Shown: in pieces, positions 37,269-50,688 of the stretch | Layout: the number at the start of each line of letters is the position of its first letter | Position numbering within the stretch: the first letter of the stretch is position 1 | Assembly: GCF_018977255.1 (NCBI RefSeq) | Contig: NW_024704743.1 | Span: 90,708,001 to 90,772,000 of the forward strand | Direction: 5' to 3' | Origin: Callorhinchus milii | Lineage: Eukaryota | DNA: 64,000 bases | The notes under the pieces: generated by a model | The model's input: the letters and a program-made list of their open reading frames with translations, nothing else | Told to the model about the DNA's origin: nothing | Database searches by the model: none | Program-made: the position numbers and the translations under genes

Positions 37269-40200
37269 TTCAAAGAAATCTTTACATAAAAAGTTTTGAA
37301 ATAAAGGGGAGCTCTTTCGCATTGAGTGGAATTCCGTTTAGAACGTGGGTTTGCTTATTGGGGTTTCAACCCGACATTAAATTACCCATAAAATGTGGGT
37401 CCATTCCATCGCTGCACTGCTCCATCAGGTGCACAGAAAGATTGAACGCTATCCATTACAGAGAAGCCAAAATGACCAACTTCCAGTCATCAGATTGTCA
37501 CCAGTGTCACTTCCTGCGCTGTTCATGCATGGCACACAACAAATGTCTAGTGACCCAATATCTTGAAAGCTAGCCATTTTGTCTTTTCCTGTGCCAACCA
37601 GCATTTCATCTTTATACACCTTAAGTAATGAATTTCCAGTCCCTTCGCATGTTCTCCTGACGTGAAAGGCGCTATACAAATGTAATTTTGTATTATATTG
37701 TATTGAGAATCACTCGGAAGCATGTAGAAGAGCGGACAGGCACTCAGTGCCCTTCTTGGTTGCGATTTAATAGACTCCCAACGACTGCATTATAATGGAG
37801 CTCCACTGTACATAGCTTTTCCTATAAACAAGGTTGAAACATCAGATGCTGAGATGAGTTTCAAGGATCCTCTCAACGTGAGGATTCTTGCTATAATATA
37901 TCTGAGTTGCCTTTGTTTTCTTCTATAGCTAGAGGGAGCACTTTGTACAAAAAAACCTCCTAGACATTCTTTGTCCTACCTTAACCAGCTTCTCTACATC
38001 ATAAGACACAAAAGTAAATGGGTGGGTGGGATGTAGGGGAGGTTCGAAGGAAGGAAAAATAAATTTTGCTCTGCTCTCTTTCAGTAGACAGCATTGCCTC
38101 TTGTTTCCTGCAATGCGCCAGATCCCAGTTACATATCATCAGTTGCCAGCCTAGTCCCTTCATAGTTGCAGACTGTGCGCAAAAGAAGTACAAGTCTAAG
38201 CAGCATTCCTGTTGCAGAAATGTTTTGATGTTGAAGATTTAAAAGTTCCTCGTCTTTCCAGATCTTGATAAGTGTCCTATGCAGGAATCTGGAGAGTGTT
38301 TATGGATGTCTGTAACATTTTGAAGCTGGCTTGAACACCATTTGTTAGTAATGCATCCAACTGAAATGCTACAGCAGTAAATAGTTTCAGTTCTAAAAAG
38401 AAACAAACGCTCTGATAACATCGGGCTGGCCAGAGAGTGTAATCACTGGAAGACAGATGAGCTGATTCAGATCAGCCTGAAGAACTGCTGTTGTCTTCCA
38501 TTTTGTGATGAAACGTCTGAAAGCAATTGTGAAGCCTGGCAGTTTTAATAATACAACCTGCACAGATTTGTTTTAAGGAATGGTTGAACATTCAGTTAGA
38601 GATAAACTTGAAGTACTATCTGTTTCAGACTAATTAGGTGTCAAAAGTCCTACAAAACTTTTTTTAATGAAATCCACTTATTTGATTATCTAGAATTGTT
38701 TCTCTCAGTGTAGCACGTTTTAATCCCAAGCTGCGCTGAGTTACTTGGTCTCAACTGGGGCAGAAGGTCGACACTTGAATTGATCAATGCATCTGCTTTA
38801 TGGACGGGAAAATCGAAGTCACACAGTTTACAAAGTATTTAATTACTTCATACAATAATAAACACTCAAGTAATTACACTAGAGGGTGGTACTGGACATA
38901 CAGACTAGGAGATTCACTGGCTTAGTGATCACTTGACAGATCTCAGCAAGGATGACAGTGTTCTAGTTGGCATTGGTATCCCTGTGGTAGCGAAGTGGGT
39001 AAATGGGGAGGAGGGGGAAGAGGTTAGAAAGAAGGAAGGAAAAATACATTTTGTTTGGTCTCCTTTCAATAGTCAGCATTGCTCTTGTTTTCTGCAATCT
39101 GCCAGATTCCAGTCAGGTCATCTTTTAGGAAGAGCAAATTAGTTGAAGTTCTTTCTACAAAGTTGAAAGTGCATCCATCCACCCTGGACTGGCTTCACAA
39201 ACTAATATGGAAGTTGATGCCTCAAACTTGTCTGGAAGACAATATGGGCCTCAGCATCTCTCCAGTAAGGATGGGAAAATCAGCGAAGGTTCACTCTTAA
39301 TTGCATCAGGAGACTGCTGGAAAGTGTATGTGAAAATATGGATGGTTTCCAGCTTCCATATAGCAGTCAATCTGCCAACACTCACGTTTAAGGTCCCATT
39401 CCAGGAAACTTCTCTCATTGTGGGTCCCTCAGTTTGTCATTCCAATCAGACCAAAGAGCTGCATTTTTGCGGATGGTATGTAGAGGTGCTTCACGTGCTC
39501 ACAAGCCTCTGTGTACCTCACTCAATTGACCATTCTACATTTCTGAGCTTAGGCAGTGAGTATTGGAGTACTTGAGCACAGGGTCATATCTTTCACACAC
39601 CATAGATGTACTCTCATCCCCAGAATGTGAGTTTTTTTTAATAAGAAAAACATTACTTCTAATTTTAATATCATTTCTCATTTCAATGTGACTAACACTG
39701 ATAAATTACCACTCAAAATCACTGTGTAAATAATGTGGGCGTTCATCCACAAATCTAAATAATTGATTTGAAGTAATGCTATTAATATATCATTTCCGTT
39801 TTAATTTTTCTTCCTGTCTCTAATATATTAATGTGTTTTAGAGCCTCAGTAACATTGGCTGTATCACAGCCTTGAAGTCTGTTAGCTTCATTTTACACCT
39901 TGATTCATTGCTGAAATTGCACTAAATGGATGTTAAAAACACAATATGGAACTTTTTTGTGATCGGGATACAAATTGTTTTAGAGACCACCTGGCTAATC
40001 TACCTTCTCAATGTATCTGTTAAGAAAGTAGATTTTCTTATTCTTGCATCCTACCCAGGCATGCAATCATCTGGCATTTTGACTGCGTTTTCTGGACAAT
40101 ACCTACAAGCTTCTCTTTTCAACATTTTCTTTGTGCTCATGTTACCAGTGTTTCTGCTGTTGTCATGATTTGTAATTTAAAGAGCAATTTGACACCCTAA

Positions 40201-41249
40201 CCAGCTGGGCATTTCTTAAAGAGCACTTTCTTATTAACCCCATGACTGCCAGGATTTCCATTGATGACTTTCATTAAGTGACCAATGGTGCTAGAAAGTA
40301 AATATATGCACCTCTATGGCTGATGGGCTCTATATTTTTAGCTCATATATTGTTGGGGTGTTAAAACAATACCACTATTATTACAGTAATAAAGTTTCAT
40401 TCTACAATATTTTTTCATACATATTTTCGCTGTCCTTTTTCCCAATTTTAAATTTTGCTTTATTATCTATTTTAATTTTTTTGAATTATCTTTAATTTTA
40501 CTTTTACCAGAATTCATAACTCTCACCTTCTGTTTTGCTGAAAGCCAGAGGGTGCGTGTCGGGTAAAACCTGGGCAAAGAATTGAGCTCAATTGCAGTGC
40601 ACCCCCACACACGCCTTGCCGTATGGTTGAATAGCCTGCAGATACTCGTCAACCCTCGTAAATGAATAATATTATTAATACTTGCATTTGATATAGCGCC
40701 ATAAGGGCTTTTGTGCTTAGTAGCAAATAATAAGCCTTGCATTTGTCATAAATATCTCAGGTGCTTTAGAAGAATTATTTTGAAGGTAGTAACTGTGTAT
40801 TTGTAGGCAAAGGCGGCAGCCAATTTGCACAGAGCAATGTCCCACAAACAACCACAGAGTGAATGACCAATTTAACTGGGCAACTATTAGCCCTTCTCTT
40901 TTCAAATAGCGTCACAGGATCTTTAACAGGCAGACAGGTGTCCTGGTCCCTCAAATAAAATTGATCATTTACTTCATGGCTGTTTGTGGGACGTGGATGG
41001 ACATAGCAATTTGAGTCCAGCAATGTCCCAACACTGCTGGACTCAAATTGCTAAGTCCATCCACAAATACACAGTCACTGCACTTCACAGTAAATCATAT
41101 GAAGCGCTTTAGGAAATCCTCCTAAATTGAAAGGAACTATACCAAATGCTAGGATTATTGTTAAATACACAGTCACTACTCATTACATAAATTGTCTGTG
41201 AAGCATGTTTGAGACGTTTGATGTTGTTAGGGCTATAGTAAATACTAAA

Positions 41250-41590
41250 CAATCCTTCCATTTGATATAGTGCCTTATCACATTGCCAAAACATCTCAAA
41301 GTGCTTCACAGGACTTTACTGTTATTAGTAAGTAAATGTGGGAGCCACAGCAGTGTCCCACAAACAAACAGCCATGAAGTGAATAACCGATTTTATCTGG
41401 AAGATTTTTAGCCGGGATCTTTATCATCCACCTGAACAGGGAGATGGGACGTAGGCTTAATGTTTCGTCTGAAGGCCAGTACCGCCAACAATGCAATGAT
41501 TTCCCAGCATTACATTGGAGTGTCAGCCTAGACTGAGCTCCAAGTCCTGATGTGGGACTTGAACACAACTTTCTGATTTGGAGGCAAGAT
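41250..41590 (-). mobile_element. Older DeuSINE (SacSINE1/AmnSINE-like), near full length
   Basis: tRNA-type head (ctcaatggtagcaatcttgcctc...gttcaagtcccac), central ...cctgttcaggtggatgataaagatccc..., and the same 3' body and tail as the young SINE. Related copies at about 4630-4840, 11350-11550, 40670-40940, 48770-48930, 54055-54400, 56040-56265, 58020-58420 and 63370-63690. Family name is from recall, not a search. Confidence 0.75.
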
Positions 41591-41995
41591 TGCTACCATT
41601 GAGCTGACATGAAATGCAAGCGTTATTATTTTGACTTCGTAGTTTAGCTATTTGTGTTTTTCCCTGTGGCCAATTTACTCATCCACGTATTGCTCTTGAT
41701 GCCCAGTGACATTGATTTGTAAATGAGTCTCTTGATTAGAATTGTCCCTTCTAAATTCTGTCTTGGAAGACTAGATAAATCACTTCAAATGCATTCCACT
41801 ATTAAATGGGATATCATCTCTTCAAGAAAAAGGGTTAGGAAGTTGGTCAAACAAGATCTATCTTTTTGAAGCTGGCTTGGCTGTCATTTATTAGATGACA
41901 TGTATTTGCATGGAATGAGCAAAAACATGAAAAGAAAAAAGTAGTCTCTTGATGATAGATTTTCCCTGAACACTTTGCATTTCCTTCCTTTGCAG

Positions 41996-42091
41996 AAACT
42001 TCAACAGAAGAATCACCAGCTGAAGCAAACCATGGATCAGCTGCGGAATCTGATTTGGGAGATCAATGCAATGCTAGCAATGAGAAATTGA
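41996..42091 (+). CDS. MED30: MED30 terminal coding exon
   Basis: Acceptor ttccttcctttgcAG. Encodes KLQQKNHQLKQTMDQLRNLIWEINAMLAMRN then TGA. The four exons join into a 178-aa ORF. Confidence 0.96.
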   Translation, partial: KLQQKNHQLKQTMDQLRNLIWEINAMLAMRN

Positions 42092-44500
42092 GTCTGAGTT
42101 ACTCAAATTGTTGGTATCCTGACAGAATGTCAACAGTGACTTTTTATGCACACTTATTGGTAATCAGCCAAATAAGAGCATCAGGGTAATAACCACCAAA
42201 CAAAGCCGATGACTCGAGTGCAGTTTTAAATCGGTTTACAAAACAAAGTGTGCCTTGATGATATGCACAAATACACCTCTCCAAAGCTGAAGCTCACTTT
42301 GTGACAACATATTAATTTAGTAGCATTGCATTTAATGTACTTCTGTAGGAAATAGCTTGTTCACATTGGCACAGTATGCATTAAGCAGATCTATGTGTTT
42401 TCTTTCCATGTAAACAGAATCTATGTCTGCTATGTTCCCTGTTTACACTGAAAACCTGCAGTGTCCACTCTGTAATGTGAACTTGTTTCACAACATCTCC
42501 AAATAATAGTGGAAGTCAGAGAAGTACTGACTTAAATACAAGCTTAGATTTCCCGATTCCTAGAATTGGAAAGTTACTGTTCCAGTCATAAGAGAAATTC
42601 AGTCATAGAGAAATTCTGAACCAAACCAAGAATTTGGGGGAAAATTTACTTTTGTGTTTATCACAACTCCTAACTTTATATCTTTATTTTAAATTTTATA
42701 TATTACATTTACAGGGTACTGCAAACATATTCTAGGTAATTGAAATGTAGTGTATAAAGAAAATGTTGGGGAATTGCAATGAGAAATATCAGATGTAATA
42801 TTTTTGGTGATTATTAATAGGGAGTGGATATTGATTCCAAGCTGCATTTTAATCAAGTAGCTCAGGTCACCCCACGAACCACCAGAACAAACGTTTAGTG
42901 GTTCGTAAGTCCTTTGAACCTGGCTGTTAGATTCTCTCTCTGACATATGCTATCTTTTATAATATATTTGTTATAATTTTAAACAGGGTTATTGTTCCAT
43001 TTTGACTGTGCAGTGGCTCCTTGTCTTGGGTGTCAAATATCTCCACCAACGCTGGCTATCCTCACAAAGGTGAGTGGCTATTGCCGCCTTGGCACTGGAT
43101 GTCCCAGCCTTGGTGCTGGATATCCCCACACTGGCATCCACAAGCCTCATGCTATCACCAGCTATCCCCGCGCTAGTGCCGATTCCCCATACTGATGGCG
43201 GTTCCACGTTGGTACTGCATATCTGCACATTCCATTGCAATGATCTCAAAGAAAGATTACCACCTTGGTGATCATTGTGATATTTTAGCAAAATAATAAT
43301 CCAGAGGTGATTTATTGAAATATTCTTATATCCAATGTATATTTTGTTATATTTATACCACAAGAGAAACTATGTTATAAGATCAGCGCTTTTGAGTTCT
43401 CACAAGAACTTGTCGATCAACACATCTTTTCATCTAAGCTCTGTGGAAAATGTTTGTACATTTCTATCATTAAATATTCCAAAGTAAAATTATAGAAATG
43501 CAAAAAGCATGTTTTTGATTCATGATATGCTTTAAATAAGCATTAAAAAAAACCTATCCTCCTTCAATGTAGGAGTGGCCATGCAATATTCCAAAAAGTT
43601 CATTTGATGTTGTATTTCAAACACTCTCATTGGCATCATGAAGTGCCTTCAGAATGTATTTAAAATCTTTCTGATATTAGGGAATTATAAAGTCTTTCTC
43701 GCTAATTAAGTATAAATGAGTATTTCAAAGTTATACATTAAGTATTGGTGGTTTTCTAATTGTGAAATTTGACTGAGGGATAAGAATATCTGATTCCCAC
43801 TGTTTGGGAAATTTACCAATTGCCCCAATTCTGTTCCACCAGTACAGCTTTAGGACTTGTGATATAAAGTGCAATGATTAATGCACAGTTTTGGACGACA
43901 ACTGTGAATTCAGATCTGCTTCACTACTGGCTGCTCACCAGCTATGAGTAACACCGTTCAGATTTGGTTGCTGCTCAGACATTGATTTTAAATTGATTTG
44001 TATGATTTGAATTGTTCTTTCCAGCCTAATGTTATAGCATACTGAAATGGTGTTCTTTCTTCAGTCATTTTATATGGTCTGCACACATGGAAATGAGCTA
44101 TGACATAAAGATGAGTATTGGTATCGTAAGCAGATTGGAGGTGGGAAAGAATATGTGCCTAGGTTACTGTATATTACCCTTTTGCCTTTAGAGGACTTTT
44201 ATTGTAATGATTTTTAAGTCCACTTATTTTGGAGGTACATTATTACACAGTGGCAGGTTTGAAGTTCATATGCAGTGAAGCATTGACTCAGTAATTGTTT
44301 CATGCATTCCTGTCTTGATTGCTTCACGTAGCAGTGGTAAAAGTTTTGATTGAAATAGGCTGCCTGGCATACATGGCCACTCTCTGGCATTTGAAATTGT
44401 TCTCTTTACTGCAAAAGGAATAACTCTTAATGTACTTATTTTTTTAAATCTTTATCCTGCTGGAGTTCAGACTTTAATGCTCTTGAAGAAATTAGACTCA

Positions 44501-44538
44501 ATTAAAGTAAATATATTGCAAGGCTGTTGTGTTTTTTT
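44501..44538 (+). terminator. Candidate MED30 poly(A) site
   Basis: ATTAAA at 44501, CA at 44519-44520, then GT/T-rich ggctgttgtgttttttt. Another ATTAAA lies at 43469. Confidence 0.45.
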
Positions 44539-44624
44539 CAAACAAGCTTATTCATTTCACCCACTTGCATTTCAAATTTAGCTGGTTCTTCTAGGTTTAA
44601 TGTGCACCTTTGATTGTAATCGTT

Positions 44625-45540
44625 GATCAGAGAAGGAAGCCATTCAACCCACCAAGCTTTTGCTGGTGCTAACTCCTTCACTGCAGCTATATACTCTGAG
44701 TTTCAACTTCCTGCTCTTTTTCTTCAGCATTTTATATTGTTTTCCATCAAATAGTTATCCAATTCCCTTTTAAATGTTATGAACTCAGCTTCAATAGCAA
44801 CTTATGCCAAAGCATTCCATGTAATAATAACCCTCTGCTTGAAAAAATTTCCTCCTGTTAACTCTTTCATTGACAATCCTGAATTAATGTCTTCTTGGTA
44901 CTGTTTCATTAACCTGAGTAAAATAATCATGCTATTGATCCTCTCAAAATCTTCCAGAATTCTAAAAAATTCTGTTAAGATGCCTACTGCCTCTGCTCTC
45001 TGGAACGTATCCCGGAGTGCCTCCGACTCACTCCCTCCCTCCCTCACCTCAATCAAGGTCCATCTCAAAGTACCTCCTCTTTGACCACACTTTCAGTCAA
45101 GTTTCACCTCCCCACCTTCTCGGCTCAAATGCCCAGTTCGGGTGCCCAGCCAGTCGTGTCAAATGCTTTGGGATGTCTTCCTGCGGTGAAAGGCACTATA
45201 TAAATGTAAATTTTGAATTGAAATTTGTATTAAACTCTGTTCCAGTGAAACAGATACAATTTTTCAAATCTATTTTCACAGATCTAAAAAATCTACACAA
45301 ATCCCATTCCCCTGCTCTTTTGCCATACCCTCCAATATTTTTCTTTATGTATTTATCCAATTCCCCTTTAAATTGTGGTATGGACTTCAACGTTTGTGAT
45401 GAAGCATTAATTATTGTAACAATACTCTGTGTTAGACTCACTGATCAGTGGCAAGATTCTTTCACAATTTACCCTATCAAAACTAATCAAAATTTTGAAG
45501 GCTACAAAAATCCCTCAACACAGTTTTTCAACTCTCAATA
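44625..45540 (-). mobile_element. Decayed CR1 3' fragments with a + strand L2 3' end (about 44990-45210) between them
   Basis: Encodes NFFKQRVIITWNAL and QFKGELDKYIKKNIGGYG. L2 tail gctttgggatgtcttcctgcggtgaaaggcactatataaatgtaa. Confidence 0.65.
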
Positions 45541-48219
45541 ACTATAACTTCTCACCTCTGAAGTTTGATAAGTTTCATTGTTGCAGTATTTTTAAGTTAT
45601 GATCACTGTTTCTTGAGTTTAACTGCCACCTGGTATACAAGGCTCATTTTTGCTGCTTACGGTGTCTGCAGCTAATTTGCAAGCGTAATGTGTGCTGGAA
45701 TCTTAGAATTTCATCTAATTAATTTTATCCTTATGCAGAAATTGTCAATAGAGAGCGGAATACAATGACATTTTTACACAGTACCTCAGTCTGTCCATCT
45801 AAAACCAAAGACATTATTGAACTGGATAGTTGAGTACGAGCAGGGAAAGTGCATAATATAATATTCTTCTCCTTTATGACGATCTAAGTAATTTGAAATT
45901 TGAGTGCAAGGACATGCTGAATTTGTTAATTTTCTTTCAGTAGTCAAACCTGGATATCTGTGAACAAGACTGATTAAATTATTATTTTTAAAGTACTAGG
46001 AATCGCTCCCTATCATATGTATCTACTCAGAATCAGGCAGCAGTTCCACATTTTTGTCTTTCTTTGTTACCAGGTTTCATGATCTCTGTGACCAGGAGTT
46101 CAGAGTGAAGCTCCCAAAGAGTGCCTCAACTCCTCTCCAATTTCAGAAGAATACACTCTCCTCCTTAGTTGGATCATTCCATTTCTTATATAAGCTATCC
46201 TTTTGACTCTTGGGTAGACTACCAGTTTCATACTAAATTGTGTTCCTTTTTACATTGTAGATTGTGGTTATTTACAGCCATGCAAAGGAGAGTCCTGAAC
46301 TCACTTATATAGTTAATGCTTTGTACAAAAACCATTCACTATTTTTACATTCTACTCATTAAATCAAGCACTATGCAGAAAATACGTACTTGAAGGATAC
46401 CTGCTAAAATCTATTTTTAAAAATGTCAGGTTTAGGATTCTGAGTAATGCAGTGGACAACCAACCACATTTTCTTTTACAGGACTTCAGCTTGATTCCAA
46501 ACCAGACAGGATCAGAGCCTTTGTAAATGTGCAATGAGTCTGTGCAGTTTCAACCCAGGTATTAGTGGGTGTGAGTTCACAGTACAAGTTGCCTCCAATT
46601 TGGTACTAAATTAACAACCAAACTGAGGGGTCACAAGGACAGCTGCAGTGGGAAATGTCACATTGGTGAAGCACGAGGTGTTTTTTTCTGAAACGAATTC
46701 AGCAGAGAGAATTTTGCCTCAAAACCATGATATAACTGAATCAGGACTATTTACTGCAGATGTAACTTGTGTTGTTAGTGTCAACATTCACAGAAAAGGA
46801 TGTTTCAAAGTAATGATCCATCTCAGAATTCTTTGGCTTTGTGCAACTTGCTGGATTTTTTTCAAATTAGCATCAAGACAGGAAGTTATATTTAAAGGGG
46901 TAGAATACTGTAGAGGTCAACTTTTTGAGAGTTCATAGAAGTCAGATTATATTCTGATGAAATCTGCTGCTTGTTTGATTGACTCATTTGTACTAATTGG
47001 GTTCATATAGACCATTATATTGGGAGCGAAATAGATCTGCACAGCCCATAGCCGTAGTACTTTCTATTCCAGCTGAGATTGTAGAATAATAGCTGTGAAT
47101 TTCAAGCTGTTCAGTTGTCTTGTATGAACATGCTGATCGAGGGAGAATCTAGGCCACAATGAGCAAGACTTTGATTAGCCTACATGGTTTGAACAGGATG
47201 AAAGAGCCGTGCAGGAAGATGCTTAGAACAATGAGCAAACCAAAGACTTGTTATATGATTTAAATCCCTTTTTTCAAAATGCTTTGATTTTTCTTTTTAT
47301 AATCTCTTGCCATAAGGGAAAATATGGCTTGAATTACTGCATTTAAATGTACGGCTTCTTCTGTGTGTCCACTAAGTGAAAATGAGATTCAGCGGCGTAA
47401 CAAAAATAGTGCCAGTTTCATTCATCAGGAGGACGCCAATAGATTCAGAAGCTGGTCAAGGAGGGTTAAAATACATCCATTTGGTGGTGGGGGATATTTT
47501 ACGTACTTTTGTTTGTTAGAAACACGATTTGACTGGAATGCTGCACTGCAGTTTTAGCTTGGCCATAGATGTCGTATTTTAAGATTAAATGTGTATTTTG
47601 TGAAGCTGAAGGTCTCTGCTTAGGTAACTGATCAGCACAGTTTGGCTGTTGCACCCTGATCAAAAACTTCAGAACAGTAGAGGCAGCTGAATTACCTCTA
47701 GATTGTGGACGTGCAGCTTGTGTGTCTGCATTGTGAATGTTTTCGCGTACAGTCATAATTCATTTGTACAAACAAATCTGTTTTCAGGTGTACCTTTTAT
47801 TTTGTCAAATTGCACATGTATAGTGGACACCTCAAAATCTCTTCAAGGCATTGTGAGCCTCTACTGTGACTCCTTGGTAATGCTGTATATGCTAGAAGTA
47901 TATTTGTATTTTATTTTCAAATTCCATTTAGAAATTAATATTAAATCTGAAGAAAAATAGCTCACTTTTTGGTGACTACAAGGTACAAATGTGTATCTGC
48001 ACAGAGAATTCTCACCATGGGAAATCCTGCTGAAACTTATTCATTGAGGTGATGATGCCAAGTGATTGAACTATTAAATGGATATGGAATGCTAAGTTTT
48101 ACAATTTATATTGAAGTATCTTGGTTTTGTTTGTGTTTTAGTAACAAACTCCAGAGAAACACTTTGTAGCTTGAAATGTATTTCCGAGTGGAATAATTTC
48201 TATTTCCTTTAAATATGCA

Positions 48220-48265
48220 AATAAAGAAAACTGGAATGCACGTGTTGCCCTCTGTGTTGACTTGA
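48220..48265 (+). terminator. Candidate distal poly(A) site
   Basis: AATAAA at 48220-48225, CA at 48239-48240, downstream GT-rich cgtgttgccctctgtgttg. Preceded by about 2.7 kb of repeat-free, UTR-like sequence. Confidence 0.45.
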
Positions 48266-48413
48266 TTTGCGCCATAGCTCAGCACTGAATTAAATTCTCT
48301 ACACAGTATAGCGGAGCTTCCGAGTGTTCTGCAGGGAAATCAAAGTTTTTTTCCCCTTCTATTTTCCCCTTCCCCTCTTGTATACTGTCAGCGTATAAGA
48401 CCTTTTTCCTTCT

Positions 48414-48711
48414 ATAATAATAATAATCCTTGCATTTGATATAGCGCTTTTCACGTCTAGATGTCTCAAAGCGCTTCACAGAATAGACTGTAAAGTGAAT
48501 TGACTGTATATTTGTGGGCAAAACGAGGCAGCCAATTGCGCACAGCAGTGTCCCACAAACATTTGTAGATTGAAGTGACCAATTTTTTTTCTTGAGGGAT
48601 TATTATTAGGCGTGTGGAGTAAGGAAACCCAAGGTTTCGCCCTGCTGGGAATCAAACCCAGGTCTCTCGCTTGAGATGCAAGTGCTCTAAACCACTGAGC
48701 TACAGGACGTC
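48414..48711 (-). mobile_element. SINE, full length
   Basis: Head, body and tail present; the tail loop is partly deleted. Confidence 0.9.
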
Positions 48712-49853
48712 ACAAATATTCTGAGGAATTCTACAATAGGCACAAAAAAGATCTTTTCTCTGTCCCAAAAGTCGATGGACGCACCTCTGATAATTCAGCA
48801 CTCACTAGACATTTCACTGGACTGTCAGTCTAGACTATTAATCTCAAGACCCAATTTTGGGCTTTGAGCTCACAACCTTCTAACCCAGAAGTGAGGGAGG
48901 AGCAATTCCAACTGACCCACACTGACATCCTAAAATACTAGAAAATCAGCACTATTTAACATTCCATTAGAGCGTAATCTTAACCAAAGCAGTTTGGGGG
49001 GCTAATGTTGCATGAGCAACAGGCACCTCCTCAAACATTGCCTAAATTGCTGTTGTTATTGTGCCAGCTGTAACCGTGAGCGTTGCCCAGGAATTGAACC
49101 TGAGCCCTCTCACTTGCGAGGCGAGTGCTCTAACCATGTAAACTACAGAATTCCCCAAGATGGAAAGTCTGTCTGATTTCCCTCTCCCGCCCAAGGGATC
49201 AAGGCTAATCGTAGTGTCCTTACTACAGCCCCAGCTTAGATCAGTTTACTCAGTACAGACTGCAGATTAAAACCTGGAACCTTTCAGTCTGTATGATCCA
49301 CTGCTACACCATGCAGTGGCTTTACCCGCTAGGCTTTTGAGGGGAGCTACATGTTCCATGTTTAATTTAACTCTCAGTTGCAATAACATTTTCTAATATA
49401 ATGTTATAAATATTCTAGCTGAATTATAGTGGTTTTAAAATATTCAGTGATACCTCTTGGAGGTATGTCAGTAATTGATTGCAGTTTGATTATTAATGGG
49501 GAAACTTCTAGGTTCAGCATCTGTGCCGATAGTTAACTGTGTCCACATTCTAAAATGTCTGCTGTCTTAACAGTTAGTCAGTCATTAATAGGTTTGCTGT
49601 GACCGCCTGGAGGACAAAAGGATTTTGATCAAGTCATTATGAACTACCAGCTGAAGTGGTCTTTAAATAAACCTACACAGGATGATCTCACTGGAACTGT
49701 TGTCTGAAATTAATGGGATAAGATCAAAACATGGGTTTGTGCTTTCATTTAACTAACATAGAGTTAGACAGAGAGAGAGAGACAACCACATGGGTATGTG
49801 GAATAACTTTTTTTTCTCACTATTTTTGCCGTAGCCTTGACTGATCTAATCCT

Positions 49854-50688
49854 GATTCATAGATTCATAGAATGTTACGGCACAGAAGGAGGCCATTCGG
49901 CCCATCGAGTCTGTGCCGGCTCTTTGACAGAGCAAGTCACTTTCACTAACCCCAATCACCAGCTTTCTCCCCATAACCCTGCAAACCCGTCTTCCGATAC
50001 CTATCCAGTTCTCTCTTAAAACCTGTTATCGAATCGGACTTCACTGCCCTTTCAGGCAGATCATTCCAAATTCGAACAACTCGCTGAGTGAAAACATTTC
50101 TTCTAACCTCCCCTCTGCTTCTTTTGATAGATATCTTAAGACTGTGACCACGGGTCACAGACACATCTACCAGCGGAAACAGCTTTTCCCTATCTAGCCT
50201 GTCGAAACCTTTCATGATCTTGAAGACCTCTATCAGGTCCCCACGTAACCTTCTCTTCTCTAATGGGAAAAGTCCTAACTTCTCCAGCCTGTCCTCATAG
50301 CTAAGGTTCCCCATTCCTGGTATCATTCTCGTGAATCTCCTCTGCACCCTTTCCAGTGCTTTAATGTCCTTCTTGAAGTAAGGTGCCCAGAACTGGACAC
50401 GGTACTCCAGTTTAGGCCTAACCAGTGTTTTGTATAGATTAACCATAACCTCCCTACTCTTATACTCTATGCCCCTACTAATAAAGTTCAGTACACCAAA
50501 TGCCTTTTTTACTGCCTTATCTACCTACCCCGCTACCTTTAATGATTCGCTTACTTGAACACCCAGATCTCTCTGTACGTTCACCCCCCTCAAGATTGAG
50601 CTACCAAGTCTACCAACACTGCCTCCTATCATTCTTCCTACCTAAGTGTATCACCTCACACTTATCCACATTGAAATCCATCTGCCAC
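49854..50688 (-). mobile_element. Young 5'-truncated CR1 LINE (ORF2 3' end and tail)
   Basis: Open frame LYKTLVRPKLEYRVQFWAPY...LEKRRLRGDLIEVFKIMKG...FTQRVVRIWNDLP. Terminal octamer repeat (CTATGAAT)2. Confidence 0.95.

Noticed and set aside
39079..39575. Overlapping 73-aa and 122-aa ORFs in a MED30 intron
   Set aside because: No recognisable domain or splice structure. Probably chance or very old transposon debris.
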